A stretch of DNA of 64,000 nucleotides from Candidatus Forterrea multitransposorum CG_2015-17_Forterrea_25_41. GTDB taxonomy: Archaea; Iainarchaeota; Iainarchaeia; Iainarchaeales; CSSED10-239. Where the stretch lies: contig CP045477.1 in the NCBI GenBank assembly GCA_009392915.1, positions 768,001 to 832,000 of the forward strand. The letters run 5' to 3'. The notes under the pieces are model-generated. The model was not told where the DNA came from. It worked only from the letters and a program-made list of their open reading frames with translations, and did no database searches. Position numbers and translations under genes: made by a program. Numbering within the stretch: position 1 is the first letter of the stretch; every line of letters starts with the position of its first letter. Of the stretch, positions 28,770-38,516 are shown piece after piece.

Positions 28770-30197
28770 TCAAATTTCTTTTTCTAAAAAATCTTTTATT
28801 AAAAGTTCTTCTGTTTTTAAATTAAATAAAAGCGCTTTTGAAACTGTTGGAATATGTCCTAACTCTTTTTGAAAATCTGTCATGTCTTGCCAACAAGATG
28901 ATGCTATTAAGTGTACATGCTTATATTTAGAATATGCATGATGATGAACATCTGCAGTTATAAAAATATCTGGTACTTCTTCAATAACCATTAGATTTTT
29001 TTCAATAGGTACAAATGTTTGTCTATGACCATATTGTGGCATTAAATCTCTTCTTTTCAAAACTTCTATCATTGCTGTATCTGGTTTATCCATTTTTGCA
29101 TTTTTAATTTCTGTGTAAATTCCATGAAGTGAAGCTCCATGATACATTAATGTTTTAAACCCTTCAATAACAACCCAAGCAGGAGATCCTAAGATGTGAA
29201 TATTTTCTTTTTCATAAAGTCTTGGAAGATATTCTTTTGTAATTGCAGGTTGTGGGTCTGATAATCTTACTGCATCATGATTTCCAGAAATAATAAATAT
29301 TTCAATATCTTCTCTAATTTTTAAAATATATTCTTCAAACAATTCATATTGTTTTTTAATATCTGTAATTGCAAGTTCATTAAACTGTGAGGGATAAACT
29401 CCGATACCATCAACTAAATCTCCAGCAATAATTAAATATTTTATTTTTTTAGTAAGTTCTTTTTCTTCTTCAAAATTACCATTTAACCATTCTATAAATT
29501 TTAAAAATTCTTTTTCTTTAAATTTTTTAGATCCTACATGCACATCTCCAATTATTGTAAGATAAACATCTTGAGGTAGGTTGTGTGTTTTTCTTTCAAA
29601 AGGAATATCTGGATAAATTACTTCATTTACAATTAACATATCTTTTGAAAGTAAAGATGTTTTAAAACCTAAAACATTATCTAAAAGAATTTCTTTGTGT
29701 TTAAAGAATTCATTTTCATCTTTATTCATGATTACAAGTTTTATTTGACCTGTAGGATCATCAATTGTTAAAATTAAATTTCCGTTTTTACTAATTCCTT
29801 TATCATAAACCATCCCAATAACATCAGCTGGTTTTCCTTTAACAAGTAATCTTGCTTGTTCAATTGTTGTGTATTCAAAATTAGGTCTTGTTTTAATCAT
29901 TTTAGATATTTTTTCATATTTGTCTAAAAATAGTTTATGGAAGTCTTCAATACTTCCTTGTGAATAGTTTTTACCAGTTATATCATACTTATCTAAAATA
30001 TAAAAATTTTTAAAATATTTTTTATCTTCTTTTTGATTCTTAACATCAAGAATATCTTTTTCTTTAACAATAAATAAGTTTTTTTCTTTAAGTTTATTTA
30101 AAATTTCTTTATAGTTATCACTAGACAGATGTTTTAATGTCTCAGGTGTAAGAATTAAATTATTTTCTTTTGCATATTTTATGATTTCATTATCCAT
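28770..30197 (-). CDS. polB: DNA polymerase II (PolD) small subunit DP1 (calcineurin-like phosphoesterase)
   Basis: GDVHVGS, ISGNHD and related phosphoesterase motifs. Adjacent to DP2. Confidence 0.85.
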   Translation of the reverse strand: MDNEIIKYAKENNLILTPETLKHLSSDNYKEILNKLKEKNLFIVKEKDILDVKNQKEDKKYFKNFYILDKYDITGKNYSQGSIEDFHKLFLDKYEKISKMIKTRPNFEYTTIEQARLLVKGKPADVIGMVYDKGISKNGNLILTIDDPTGQIKLVIMNKDENEFFKHKEILLDNVLGFKTSLLSKDMLIVNEVIYPDIPFERKTHNLPQDVYLTIIGDVHVGSKKFKEKEFLKFIEWLNGNFEEEKELTKKIKYLIIAGDLVDGIGVYPSQFNELAITDIKKQYELFEEYILKIREDIEIFIISGNHDAVRLSDPQPAITKEYLPRLYEKENIHILGSPAWVVIEGFKTLMYHGASLHGIYTEIKNAKMDKPDTAMIEVLKRRDLMPQYGHRQTFVPIEKNLMVIEEVPDIFITADVHHHAYSKYKHVHLIASSCWQDMTDFQKELGHIPTVSKALLFNLKTEELLIKDFLEKEI

Positions 30198-30201
30198 ATT
30201 C

Positions 30202-30483
30202 TTATTTCATATTCTCTTTTAAAGTTTCAAGTTTTGAAATTAAGCTCCAAACTACAGATCTATATTCTGTTGCATTAACAGTATTTATTGTTTCTTCAAG
30301 TTCATATAAAATATTTGAAACTTCAAGAGAACAAAGATTATCTGTAAGTTTAGATTTTATGCTTCTTATGACACCTAATACATTTTTTGGAATTGTTTGA
30401 TCTTCAAGTAAATAATCTGCTTCAGAAATAATTTCTAAAACCATCTTATTACATAATTCTTGTTTCTTTGTAATTTTTGGCAT
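30202..30483 (-). CDS. UPF0147-family small protein
   Basis: About 90 aa, helical, with IPKNVLGVIRSIKSKL resembling the UPF0147 VPRNIRR block. Confidence 0.35.
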   Translation of the reverse strand: MPKITKKQELCNKMVLEIISEADYLLEDQTIPKNVLGVIRSIKSKLTDNLCSLEVSNILYELEETINTVNATEYRSVVWSLISKLETLKENMK

Positions 30484-30561
30484 GGGTTAATCACCTTTTT
30501 TTAAATAAGAATTAAAAATGTATTTCTCTAATATATATTATATATATAAATATGTTTTTAT

Positions 30562-31755
30562 ATGTTGTTTCTAATTAAAATCAAAAGGTTTTTATTCTTT
30601 TTAAATAATGTTTTATGTATGATTTCTTTAAATTATAAATCTATCTCACCTTTAATTTCTGTAATTTTATTAATTGTTGTATCTATTGCTTTTATAGGTG
30701 TAATTACCAATTGGAGTAAAAGTTTTGTTATAACGAATTCAGAAAAAGTAGATTTAATAAAAACAAATAATTCTTTAGATCAATTTATTGTTATAGATTC
30801 TTTTTATGATTCTGAAGAAAATTCAAGTATTATTTTAAAAAATAACGCTAATAAAAATATTGTGCTTGAAAATTATAAATTTATAAACGGGGAAGGTGAG
30901 TTTTATAATCAAGAATTTGTAATTTCTGGAGATGATGTTTTAAATAAAGGTAATTTATTAAAAATAGATTTAATTTGCTTTCCATCAAATAATTTAGATA
31001 TTCTTTTTAAAACAACAGATGGAGATTATTTTAAAGTTAATTTAAAAAAATCTATTTTAAATATAAATTATTGTCATAATGATTTTAAAAATCAAAAAGT
31101 ATATTCTTTTGAAGAATTGTTAGAAAAGAATCTTTTAGATGTAAATAGTTATTATTTAGATGTAAATGGAGATTTAAATTTACCTGAAATAGATGATTTT
31201 ATTATAAAAACAAAATTTAAATTAGATTCAGTCTCTGGCTATCAAACATTAATTTCATATAAATATTCTGGTGTTTCAGGTTATGGTTCAGGACAAAGAG
31301 GTGGATTTAAATTTATGGTTCTTCCAAGCGGTAATTTTGCAATTGTAGGTAGTCAAAATGGTGGTTCTTTATGGTGGGGTTATTCTGGAGGAGATCCTGG
31401 ACAAACACCCCCTTTAGTTTCAAATAAGTATTATGATTTAATTTATCATAAAAATGGTCGTTTAATTAATTTGTGTCTTAAAGATAATATAGATTATAAT
31501 TCTTTTTTTTGTAACGAACCTTGGTATTATCCTTATTATGATATTACAAACATCTATTATAGTGACAATCCAACATATAATTATAAATCAATAATTGGTG
31601 CTACAAATTATGGTTTAGAAAATACTTTTTTAGATTATTTTAATGGATCTGTTGAATATATTGAATTGTATGAATATTCTGAAGATAATAATATATCTTC
31701 AGTAAACAACCTTCCTTTAAATAATTATATTTTTAAAATAGATTTAACAAAATAA
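30562..31755 (+). CDS. Archaeal type IV pilin-like protein with a class III signal peptide. The likely start is MISLNYKSISPLIS...
   Basis: YKSISPLISVILLIVVSIAF matches the archaeal prepilin N-terminal consensus (K/R-G/S-ISPLIATVLLI). Confidence 0.6.
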   Translation: MLFLIKIKRFLFFLNNVLCMISLNYKSISPLISVILLIVVSIAFIGVITNWSKSFVITNSEKVDLIKTNNSLDQFIVIDSFYDSEENSSIILKNNANKNIVLENYKFINGEGEFYNQEFVISGDDVLNKGNLLKIDLICFPSNNLDILFKTTDGDYFKVNLKKSILNINYCHNDFKNQKVYSFEELLEKNLLDVNSYYLDVNGDLNLPEIDDFIIKTKFKLDSVSGYQTLISYKYSGVSGYGSGQRGGFKFMVLPSGNFAIVGSQNGGSLWWGYSGGDPGQTPPLVSNKYYDLIYHKNGRLINLCLKDNIDYNSFFCNEPWYYPYYDITNIYYSDNPTYNYKSIIGATNYGLENTFLDYFNGSVEYIELYEYSEDNNISSVNNLPLNNYIFKIDLTK

Positions 31756-31762
31756 GTTTAAT

Positions 31763-32626
31763 TTAAAATTTTTTATCTAAAATTTCTTTTAAAGTGATGT
31801 TTGGGTACCCTTCCATTTTTCCACCAAAACTTGGGTAGACTAATATTTTTTTATCAGGGTTTTCATCCATTAGTTTTTCTATGATTTTTTTTTGTTCATC
31901 ATAAGATTGATGTTGGTTAAATAAAAAGATGATTACATTTGCAAGTGTTTTTATTGCAACAACAGCTTGTTTTTCAATAAAGTTCATGTCTTTAAAATCT
32001 TCATGAATAAGCCCTGGTGTATCGACTACTTGAATTATTTCTTCTCTTTTTTTATAATATCCAAAATTTAAAGTTTTAGTTGTGAAAGAATAACTATTAA
32101 TTTCAGGATCTGCGGTCGTAATTTCTGCAAGCAAAGTTGTTTTTCCTGTATTTGGAGCTCCAACTAAAACAACAGTAAATAGTTTTTGAGGGTTTGGTAT
32201 TGCTCTAAAATATTTTCCATATCCCATTAATATTTCATTAGTACCATCTAACTTTTTAAGCATTGATTTTATTCTTCCTAAATATTCTTTTTTTAATTTT
32301 AGTTTATCTGTATATTTTTTTTCTCTTTTTACAAATCTTTTATATTTTTCAGAAATGGAATTTATTAAATGAATTGTTGTAATATAGTGATTTTTATATT
32401 TATCTAAAACTTTTTCTTGAACAATATTTTTTGACATTAATAAATAGTATTCATCCATTTTTGAATAATCTGGAAGTGATGAATATATATGTGTAAGTCT
32501 ATCTGCAATTTTATTATGCACAAAATTAACATAGTAAAGCACATCTTTTTGATTATATTCTTTTTTTATTTTATTTACTATAATTTCTAAAAAAGAATCT
32601 GCTTTAATAATTTCTGGGAATTTCAT
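31763..32626 (-). CDS. NOG1-family (Obg-like) GTPase
   Basis: G1 motif VLVGAPNTGKTTLL, G2 FTTKTLNFGY, G3 DTPG. N-terminal NOG1-N-like helical region. Confidence 0.55.
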   Translation of the reverse strand: MKFPEIIKADSFLEIIVNKIKKEYNQKDVLYYVNFVHNKIADRLTHIYSSLPDYSKMDEYYLLMSKNIVQEKVLDKYKNHYITTIHLINSISEKYKRFVKREKKYTDKLKLKKEYLGRIKSMLKKLDGTNEILMGYGKYFRAIPNPQKLFTVVLVGAPNTGKTTLLAEITTADPEINSYSFTTKTLNFGYYKKREEIIQVVDTPGLIHEDFKDMNFIEKQAVVAIKTLANVIIFLFNQHQSYDEQKKIIEKLMDENPDKKILVYPSFGGKMEGYPNITLKEILDKKF

Positions 32627-32788
32627 ATTGTTTTCTTATTTTTTAAGTTGTTCTTAATAATATATTTATAGTTCATTTAATTTATAAACAGTAGTAATTT
32701 GATTTTAAAAAAATTATCATTTAAGCTTACCTTTTTATATTTTTCTTATATTATGTTATATATTTATATAATTATTTATGTGTAGGAT

Positions 32789-35122
32789 ATGTTTGCTATT
32801 TCAAAAAAAGGAATAAGTCCTTTAATTGTAACTATTTTAATTGTTGTTGTAATAGTCATTATTGTGTCTGTTTTATTATTGTGGGGTAAATCTTTCACTT
32901 TAGATAATTTATCTCTTTCTGAAAGAGTTTTTGAAAAATCTAGTCTTTCTGATTTTGTTTGGCAAGATAATTTATTTGAAAAAAATTTATTTATTAAAAA
33001 TACAAATTCTAAATTAGGTGCGTCAATTATTGGTTATAAAATAAATAGTTCCTTAGATTATCCTTTTTTAAATGAATATAGATACTTAGAAACTGAAGTT
33101 TATTTGGGAAAAAACAGTATTGCAACAATTCCTTTAGTTTGTATTCCTGAGAAAAATTTTACAATAGAATTAATTACTTCCAAAGATGAGTATATTACTG
33201 TGCCTGTTACTTCAAAGTCTTTTGATGCAAGTGATTGTACTTTTAAAGGAGAAATTACAAATCCTTCTGAAGATTTTAGTATAAGGTCTGGAGATTCTAT
33301 TTTGTTTGACTCTTTGGCATTAAATACTTCTGGGAATGAAACTTATTTATGGGTATCTGATAAAGATGGAACTTTAAGTACTGATAAAAATTTTACAATA
33401 AGTTCTTTATCTGTAAACAATCATTTAATTACTTTAACAATCACAGATTTTAATTCAACTATTGAAAAATCTTTGTCTGTTGTGATTCATCCTCCTTTAA
33501 GTTTAAGTATTTTATCTCCAATTGATGATTCTGGTTTTTTAGTAAACACCTCTATTGATTTTAATTCAATTATTGATAATAATTTAGGTGATTATTCTTG
33601 TAATTGGCAATCAAATCTTGATGGTTTGTTAAGCACCAATTGTATTTTTAATTCTTCAAGTTTATCTGTGGGTAATCACACTTTAACTTTAAATGTAATT
33701 GATGATGTAGGAACTAGTAGTGTTACTTCTGATATTTTAGTTAAGAATAGTTTTACACCAATCATTAGTTCTCCTTTAGAAGATTCTATTTTTGTAGTAG
33801 GAAATAACATAAATTTAATTGGTACAACAATTAATTCTTTTGGAACTTATACTTGTTCTTGGGATTCAAATATTAATGGAAGTTTAGGTACTGGTTGTAA
33901 TTTAAATGTTGATGATCTAAACATAGGTGCTCATGAAATAACTTTAAATATAACAGATGATTTAGAAACAAAAACTGCAGTAACAACTATTGTAATTAAA
34001 GATCATTTACTTCCAGAAATAGTATCTCCTATTGCAAGTTCTACTTCAACAGAAGGAAATACAGTTAATTTTTTAGGGAGTGCAACTAATACATATGGAA
34101 GTTACACTTGTTCTTGGGATTCAAATCTTGATGGAAATTTAGGTGTTGGTTGTGATATAGATGTTTCTGATTTAACTTTAGGAACTCATGAAATAACTTT
34201 AAGTGTAACTGATGATTTAGAAACTGTTTCAATTTCTCAAATTAATTCTGTGATTGTTATTGTGTATGTTGATGATTTAATTAATTTAGTTTTCAGTGAT
34301 AGTGTTACAGGTTATTCTTTTTCTGGTAGTACTTATAATTATAATGATTTATTAATTTTAAATAGTTCTAATACTGTAACTGTTACTCCGACTGGGGCTG
34401 GAACAATAACTGTAAATGGTTCTACTGTTTCCTCAGGTTCTCCATCAAGTCCTATTGATTTAAGTGATGGTACTGAAAAAACAATTACCATAGAAGTTAG
34501 TGATGTTGATAAGTATTCTAAAACTTATACTTTGAGATTAACTAAAATAGTAACTACTGGTGGAACCATAACTAATGGTACAGGTTATAGAATTCATAAA
34601 TTTACTTCAAATGGATCATTTACCTCTAACATCCCATTAACTGCTGAACTTTTAGTTATTGGTGGAGGTGGAGGTGGTGGTGGATATGATGGTGGTGGTG
34701 GTCGTGCCGGAGCGTTATATTATAGTGCATCTTATTCAATACCTTCAGGTTCAACAAATGTTGTAATTGGTGCTGGAGGTCTAGGTGTAAATTATACAAA
34801 AGGATCAGCAGGTACTGCTTCTTCTTTTGGAGCAATATCTAAAGCTGGAGGTGCTGGTGGGGCTTTAACAAGTCCTAAATCTGGTGGTGCAGGTTGTGGT
34901 GGTGGAGGAAGTGCCTTTAATGCAGGACTGGGTTATGGTCTTGAAGGTCCTGGTTGTACATATAGTATTACAGGAACTCCTGTTGTATATGGTCTAGGAG
35001 GAAGAGGAGGTAATGGAGGGAGAACAGATGGTGCTACAAACACAGGATCAGCAGGTTGGGCTGGCGGAACTAGAGGTGGTCATGGTGCTGATGGAGTTGT
35101 AATTGTTAGAATAAATTCTTAG
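32789..35122 (+). CDS. Large type IV pilin-like adhesin. It has a class III signal peptide, four ~90 aa Ig/PKD-like repeats and a C-terminal glycine-rich module.
   Basis: N-terminus KKGISPLIVTILIVVVIV. Repeats share the motif YTCSWDSN..G.LG.GC...V.DL..G.HEITL.VTDD. The C-terminus is about 40% Gly (LLVIGGGGGGGGYDGGGGRAG ... GADGVVIVRINS). Confidence 0.6.
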   Translation: MFAISKKGISPLIVTILIVVVIVIIVSVLLLWGKSFTLDNLSLSERVFEKSSLSDFVWQDNLFEKNLFIKNTNSKLGASIIGYKINSSLDYPFLNEYRYLETEVYLGKNSIATIPLVCIPEKNFTIELITSKDEYITVPVTSKSFDASDCTFKGEITNPSEDFSIRSGDSILFDSLALNTSGNETYLWVSDKDGTLSTDKNFTISSLSVNNHLITLTITDFNSTIEKSLSVVIHPPLSLSILSPIDDSGFLVNTSIDFNSIIDNNLGDYSCNWQSNLDGLLSTNCIFNSSSLSVGNHTLTLNVIDDVGTSSVTSDILVKNSFTPIISSPLEDSIFVVGNNINLIGTTINSFGTYTCSWDSNINGSLGTGCNLNVDDLNIGAHEITLNITDDLETKTAVTTIVIKDHLLPEIVSPIASSTSTEGNTVNFLGSATNTYGSYTCSWDSNLDGNLGVGCDIDVSDLTLGTHEITLSVTDDLETVSISQINSVIVIVYVDDLINLVFSDSVTGYSFSGSTYNYNDLLILNSSNTVTVTPTGAGTITVNGSTVSSGSPSSPIDLSDGTEKTITIEVSDVDKYSKTYTLRLTKIVTTGGTITNGTGYRIHKFTSNGSFTSNIPLTAELLVIGGGGGGGGYDGGGGRAGALYYSASYSIPSGSTNVVIGAGGLGVNYTKGSAGTASSFGAISKAGGAGGALTSPKSGGAGCGGGGSAFNAGLGYGLEGPGCTYSITGTPVVYGLGGRGGNGGRTDGATNTGSAGWAGGTRGGHGADGVVIVRINS
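33490..34270 (+). repeat. Intragenic tandem repeats of ~270 bp with high nucleotide identity between adjacent units
   Basis: Near-identical runs at 33851 and 34107 (tacttgttcttgggattcaaat...catgaaataactttaa...gatgatttagaaac). Confidence 0.6.
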
Positions 35123-35285
35123 TGAATTTTTTCTCTTTTAAATATTTTTAACTTAACTTGCGCTTTATCTACTTAACTTAATCTTTATATACTTTTCTAA
35201 ATATATAATATATATTAATACTAATTATAGTATTTTATTTCTTAAAACAAAATTATAAATTTATAAAATAAGAGAATGATTTAAT

Positions 35286-36356
35286 ATGAAATTTTTTACA
35301 AATAAAAACTATTCTAAAATGATAATTATACCTTTAGTTATTTTAATAATATTTATTTTAATTGCATTTATTTTTCCAGGTATTGAAAGAGGTATTGATC
35401 TTAAAGGAGGAAATCAAATAATCGTACACTATCCTCAAGAAAAAGATTACACTTCTTTAGAAACTGCTCTTGTCGAAAAATATAATATTTCTCAAATACA
35501 AGTAAATGAAGTTAAAAGTATAAATGAATATGGACTTTTAATTGAATTCTCTCTACAACAAGATCTTGAAACTGCTAAAGCAGAAAGATCAAAATTAGAT
35601 TTTACAAAAGATTTAGAAATTTTAAAACAAGATTCTATTGTTCTATTAACTCCTTTAAAGGAAAGAGGTTTTTTAACAGAAAATGATTTAACTTCTATTC
35701 AACAAATAAATAACAAAGATGAATTAAGTTCAAAAGTTTCAGAAAACATAAGTCTTGCAAATAATAGTTTTTATAATCAAGTTACAAATCTTGTTAAATC
35801 AGAATTAGATTTAGCAGAAGATGCAAAAATACAAACTAGAGAAATCGCACCTACTTTAGGAAAAGATTTTGTAAATAGTTCTGTAAAGGTAGGAATTGTT
35901 GCATTTTCATTATTATTAATTGTTATTCTTTTATTCTTCAGAGAGATTGTTCCATCAGGATTAATTATTTTTGCTGTTATTTTTGATGTGTTTGCAGCTC
36001 TTGCAGGTATGGCTTTATTTAATATACCTTTAAGTTTAACCACAATTCCTGCTCTCTTAATGCTTATTGGATACTCTGTTGATACAGATATTCTTTTAAC
36101 AACAAGAATTTTAAAAGATGGTAATAGAAATCCAATTGATTCAGCAAATTCTTCAATTGCAACTGGGCTTACCATGACTTTTACAACAATGGCAACTATT
36201 CTTGTAATGCTTATAATTTCTTATTTTGCACAGATGTTTATTATCTTAGAAATTTCTGTAATATTATTATGTGGTCTTGTTGGTGATGTAATTTCTACAT
36301 GGCTTTTCAATGCACCTGCATTAATTAAATATGCAAAAAGGAAACATAAAAATTAA
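35286..36356 (+). CDS. secF: Protein-export membrane protein SecF
   Basis: N-terminal TM segment, then GIDLKGG, then a C-terminal 5-6 TM RND-like domain (IPALLMLIGYSVDTDILL). Confidence 0.65.
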   Translation: MKFFTNKNYSKMIIIPLVILIIFILIAFIFPGIERGIDLKGGNQIIVHYPQEKDYTSLETALVEKYNISQIQVNEVKSINEYGLLIEFSLQQDLETAKAERSKLDFTKDLEILKQDSIVLLTPLKERGFLTENDLTSIQQINNKDELSSKVSENISLANNSFYNQVTNLVKSELDLAEDAKIQTREIAPTLGKDFVNSSVKVGIVAFSLLLIVILLFFREIVPSGLIIFAVIFDVFAALAGMALFNIPLSLTTIPALLMLIGYSVDTDILLTTRILKDGNRNPIDSANSSIATGLTMTFTTMATILVMLIISYFAQMFIILEISVILLCGLVGDVISTWLFNAPALIKYAKRKHKN

Positions 36357-36376
36357 TTTAAAAATGTGAATTAACC

Positions 36377-38008
36377 ATGAGAACATTAATAAAAAAACCA
36401 ATAATTATTTTTTGGATTATTTTAATAATCATATCTTTAGTTTTACTTTTAACTAATGGTTTAAAATTTGGAGTTGACTTTAGTGGTGGAACTGCTTTTC
36501 AAGTAGTTTTAGAAGAATCAGTATCTTCTGAAGAACTAGCACAAGCTGCATCTATTTTAGGTAGAAGACTTGATTGGTCTGGTTCAAAAGATGCAAGAGT
36601 AACTCCTTCTGGAAGTCAATATATAACTATACAGATTGCTGAATCTGATCCTGATGAAATTGCAAGTTTAAGAAGCGCAATTTTAAAACAAGGAAATTTT
36701 GAAGCAGTTTTAAATGGGGATGTTTTATTTTCAGGTGAAGATATAAAATCAATCTATAAAGATCCTTCTAGAGGTTATGGAATTTCAGAAGTTTCAAAAG
36801 GTGTTGACTATCAATGGTCTCTTCCGTTTTTATTATCTCCTGATTCTGCAAAAAGATTTGCAGAAATGACTTTCCATAAATGTACTCCTACTGGAATTTC
36901 TTCTGGTTCTTTAGATGAAAGATATGAATGTGATAAAACATATTTCTTTGTTGACAGACCAGTAGATAGTATAATATTAATAGATAACTTAACTTTTACA
37001 GAAGAAAAAGAAGTTCCTGTAATACCTGGACTTTATTCTTCTTTCTTTCCAATTGAAGATCTTTTAGATCAAGTAACTTCTCCGTATTATGTTATTGATG
37101 GAAATTTATCTGCAGAAGATGTTTCAAGTTTAACAAAAGACTTAGAAAATTATTCTAAAGTAATTGTTTCTCCAGGAATAACTAATAACGATGTAAATTC
37201 TTTAAAAGAACTTGGTTTTAAAGTAATCTCTATTGAAAAACAAGAAAACCTTCCATGGATTTGGAGTGTTACAGGTTTAAAATCTGTAATTTCTATAACT
37301 CCTGGAATTGCAAACATGGATGTTTCAAGTATGGAATCTTCAAGATTTCAAACTTTTTCTCAACTTAATATTACAGGACATGCAGAATCATTAGAAGCTT
37401 CTCAAGCAAGACTTGATGATTTATTATTAATTTTAGAATCAGGTTCTCTTCCTATTGCAATTGACAGTATAAGTACAGAATCAATATCTCCATTTTTAGG
37501 AAAGCAATTTTTAAATACATCTTTGCTTATTGGTTTGTTTGCTATTCTTACTGTTGCAGTTGTTTTATTTATAAGATATAAAAGATTTAGTTTAGCTGCA
37601 CCAATTATCTTAACAGCCTCAAGTGAAATTTTAATTCTTTTAGGAATACTTTCTCTTATGAGTTTTAGACTTGACTTAGCTGCTGTTGCTGGTATTTTAG
37701 CAACTATTGGAACTGGTGTTGATGATAATATTATTATCATTGATGAACTTTTAAGAGGCAAGAAAAAAGATGAGCATGAACATCATGAAAGTCTTTTAAA
37801 GAAAATTAAGAAAGCTTTCTTTATTATGTTTGCTGCTGCTGCAACTGCTGCTGCAACAATGTTCCCAATCATTTTCTTTAGTTTAGGTCTTGGAAAATTA
37901 GTTGGTTTTGCTGTAACTATTTTAATTGGTACTGCAATAGGTGTATTTTTAGTAAGACCAGTTTATGCACAGATTGCAAGAAAAATAGTTGCTGAAGAAG
38001 GAAAATAA
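36377..38008 (+). CDS. secD: Protein-export membrane protein SecD
   Basis: GVDFSGG, a large periplasmic domain and a C-terminal 6-TM domain (AGILATIGTGVDDNIII). Follows secF, as in archaeal secFD operons. Confidence 0.65.
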   Translation: MRTLIKKPIIIFWIILIIISLVLLLTNGLKFGVDFSGGTAFQVVLEESVSSEELAQAASILGRRLDWSGSKDARVTPSGSQYITIQIAESDPDEIASLRSAILKQGNFEAVLNGDVLFSGEDIKSIYKDPSRGYGISEVSKGVDYQWSLPFLLSPDSAKRFAEMTFHKCTPTGISSGSLDERYECDKTYFFVDRPVDSIILIDNLTFTEEKEVPVIPGLYSSFFPIEDLLDQVTSPYYVIDGNLSAEDVSSLTKDLENYSKVIVSPGITNNDVNSLKELGFKVISIEKQENLPWIWSVTGLKSVISITPGIANMDVSSMESSRFQTFSQLNITGHAESLEASQARLDDLLLILESGSLPIAIDSISTESISPFLGKQFLNTSLLIGLFAILTVAVVLFIRYKRFSLAAPIILTASSEILILLGILSLMSFRLDLAAVAGILATIGTGVDDNIIIIDELLRGKKKDEHEHHESLLKKIKKAFFIMFAAAATAAATMFPIIFFSLGLGKLVGFAVTILIGTAIGVFLVRPVYAQIARKIVAEEGK

Positions 38009-38022
38009 TTTTTCCTTTTTTC

Positions 38023-38454
38023 TTATTTTTTAAGTGTTTTAAGTATTAGATAAAGTATAACTAACCCCATTGCAAACCAAAAGAGTATGTGTGCTATTTT
38101 TGAAACACTTAAGCTTATCTTTTCTGCAAGTAAAACTAAAACTATTCTTAAAAAGTTAGCTATCCATAGCAAAAGAACACTCAAAAGTATCCACTTAATT
38201 TTACTATTTTTATTTAATGTTATTTTTGATGAGATTATTATTCCTAGATAAACAGAAATGCTAATTACTCCGCTGCATATTGGTACAAAAATAAAAGGTT
38301 CATAATTTAAGAAGTCTCCAAAAATACTTCTTATTAAATATTCCCATAGATTAATCAATGGAGTTGCAATTGTTTTAAGAAATATAAAACTTAATAAAGT
38401 GTATATTATTGTAAAATAAATAATGAAATTAATTGTTTTTTTATCTAGGTGCAT
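38023..38454 (-). CDS. Exosortase/archaeosortase-family membrane protein, unusually short (143 aa)
   Basis: Active-site-like Cys in FVPICSGVIS within a TM segment and Arg in WIANFLRIVL, matching the Cys/Arg signature of the family. Confidence is limited by the short length. Confidence 0.4.
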   Translation of the reverse strand: MHLDKKTINFIIYFTIIYTLLSFIFLKTIATPLINLWEYLIRSIFGDFLNYEPFIFVPICSGVISISVYLGIIISSKITLNKNSKIKWILLSVLLLWIANFLRIVLVLLAEKISLSVSKIAHILFWFAMGLVILYLILKTLKK

Positions 38455-38516
38455 ATAGTTAATTTACTATCAAAGAGATTATAAATATTTATCTTTATAA
38501 AATATTATAATTGAAA

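Noticed and set aside
34630-35122. Collagen-like or CRISPR-like reading of the GGTGGTGG-rich DNA
   Set aside because: It is in-frame coding sequence of a glycine-rich protein domain. There is no G-X-Y periodicity and no repeat-spacer architecture.
37741-37800. His-rich insertion (DEHEHHES) in SecD as a metal-binding feature
   Set aside because: It is a short, isolated stretch in a loop between TM helices. There is no supporting context.
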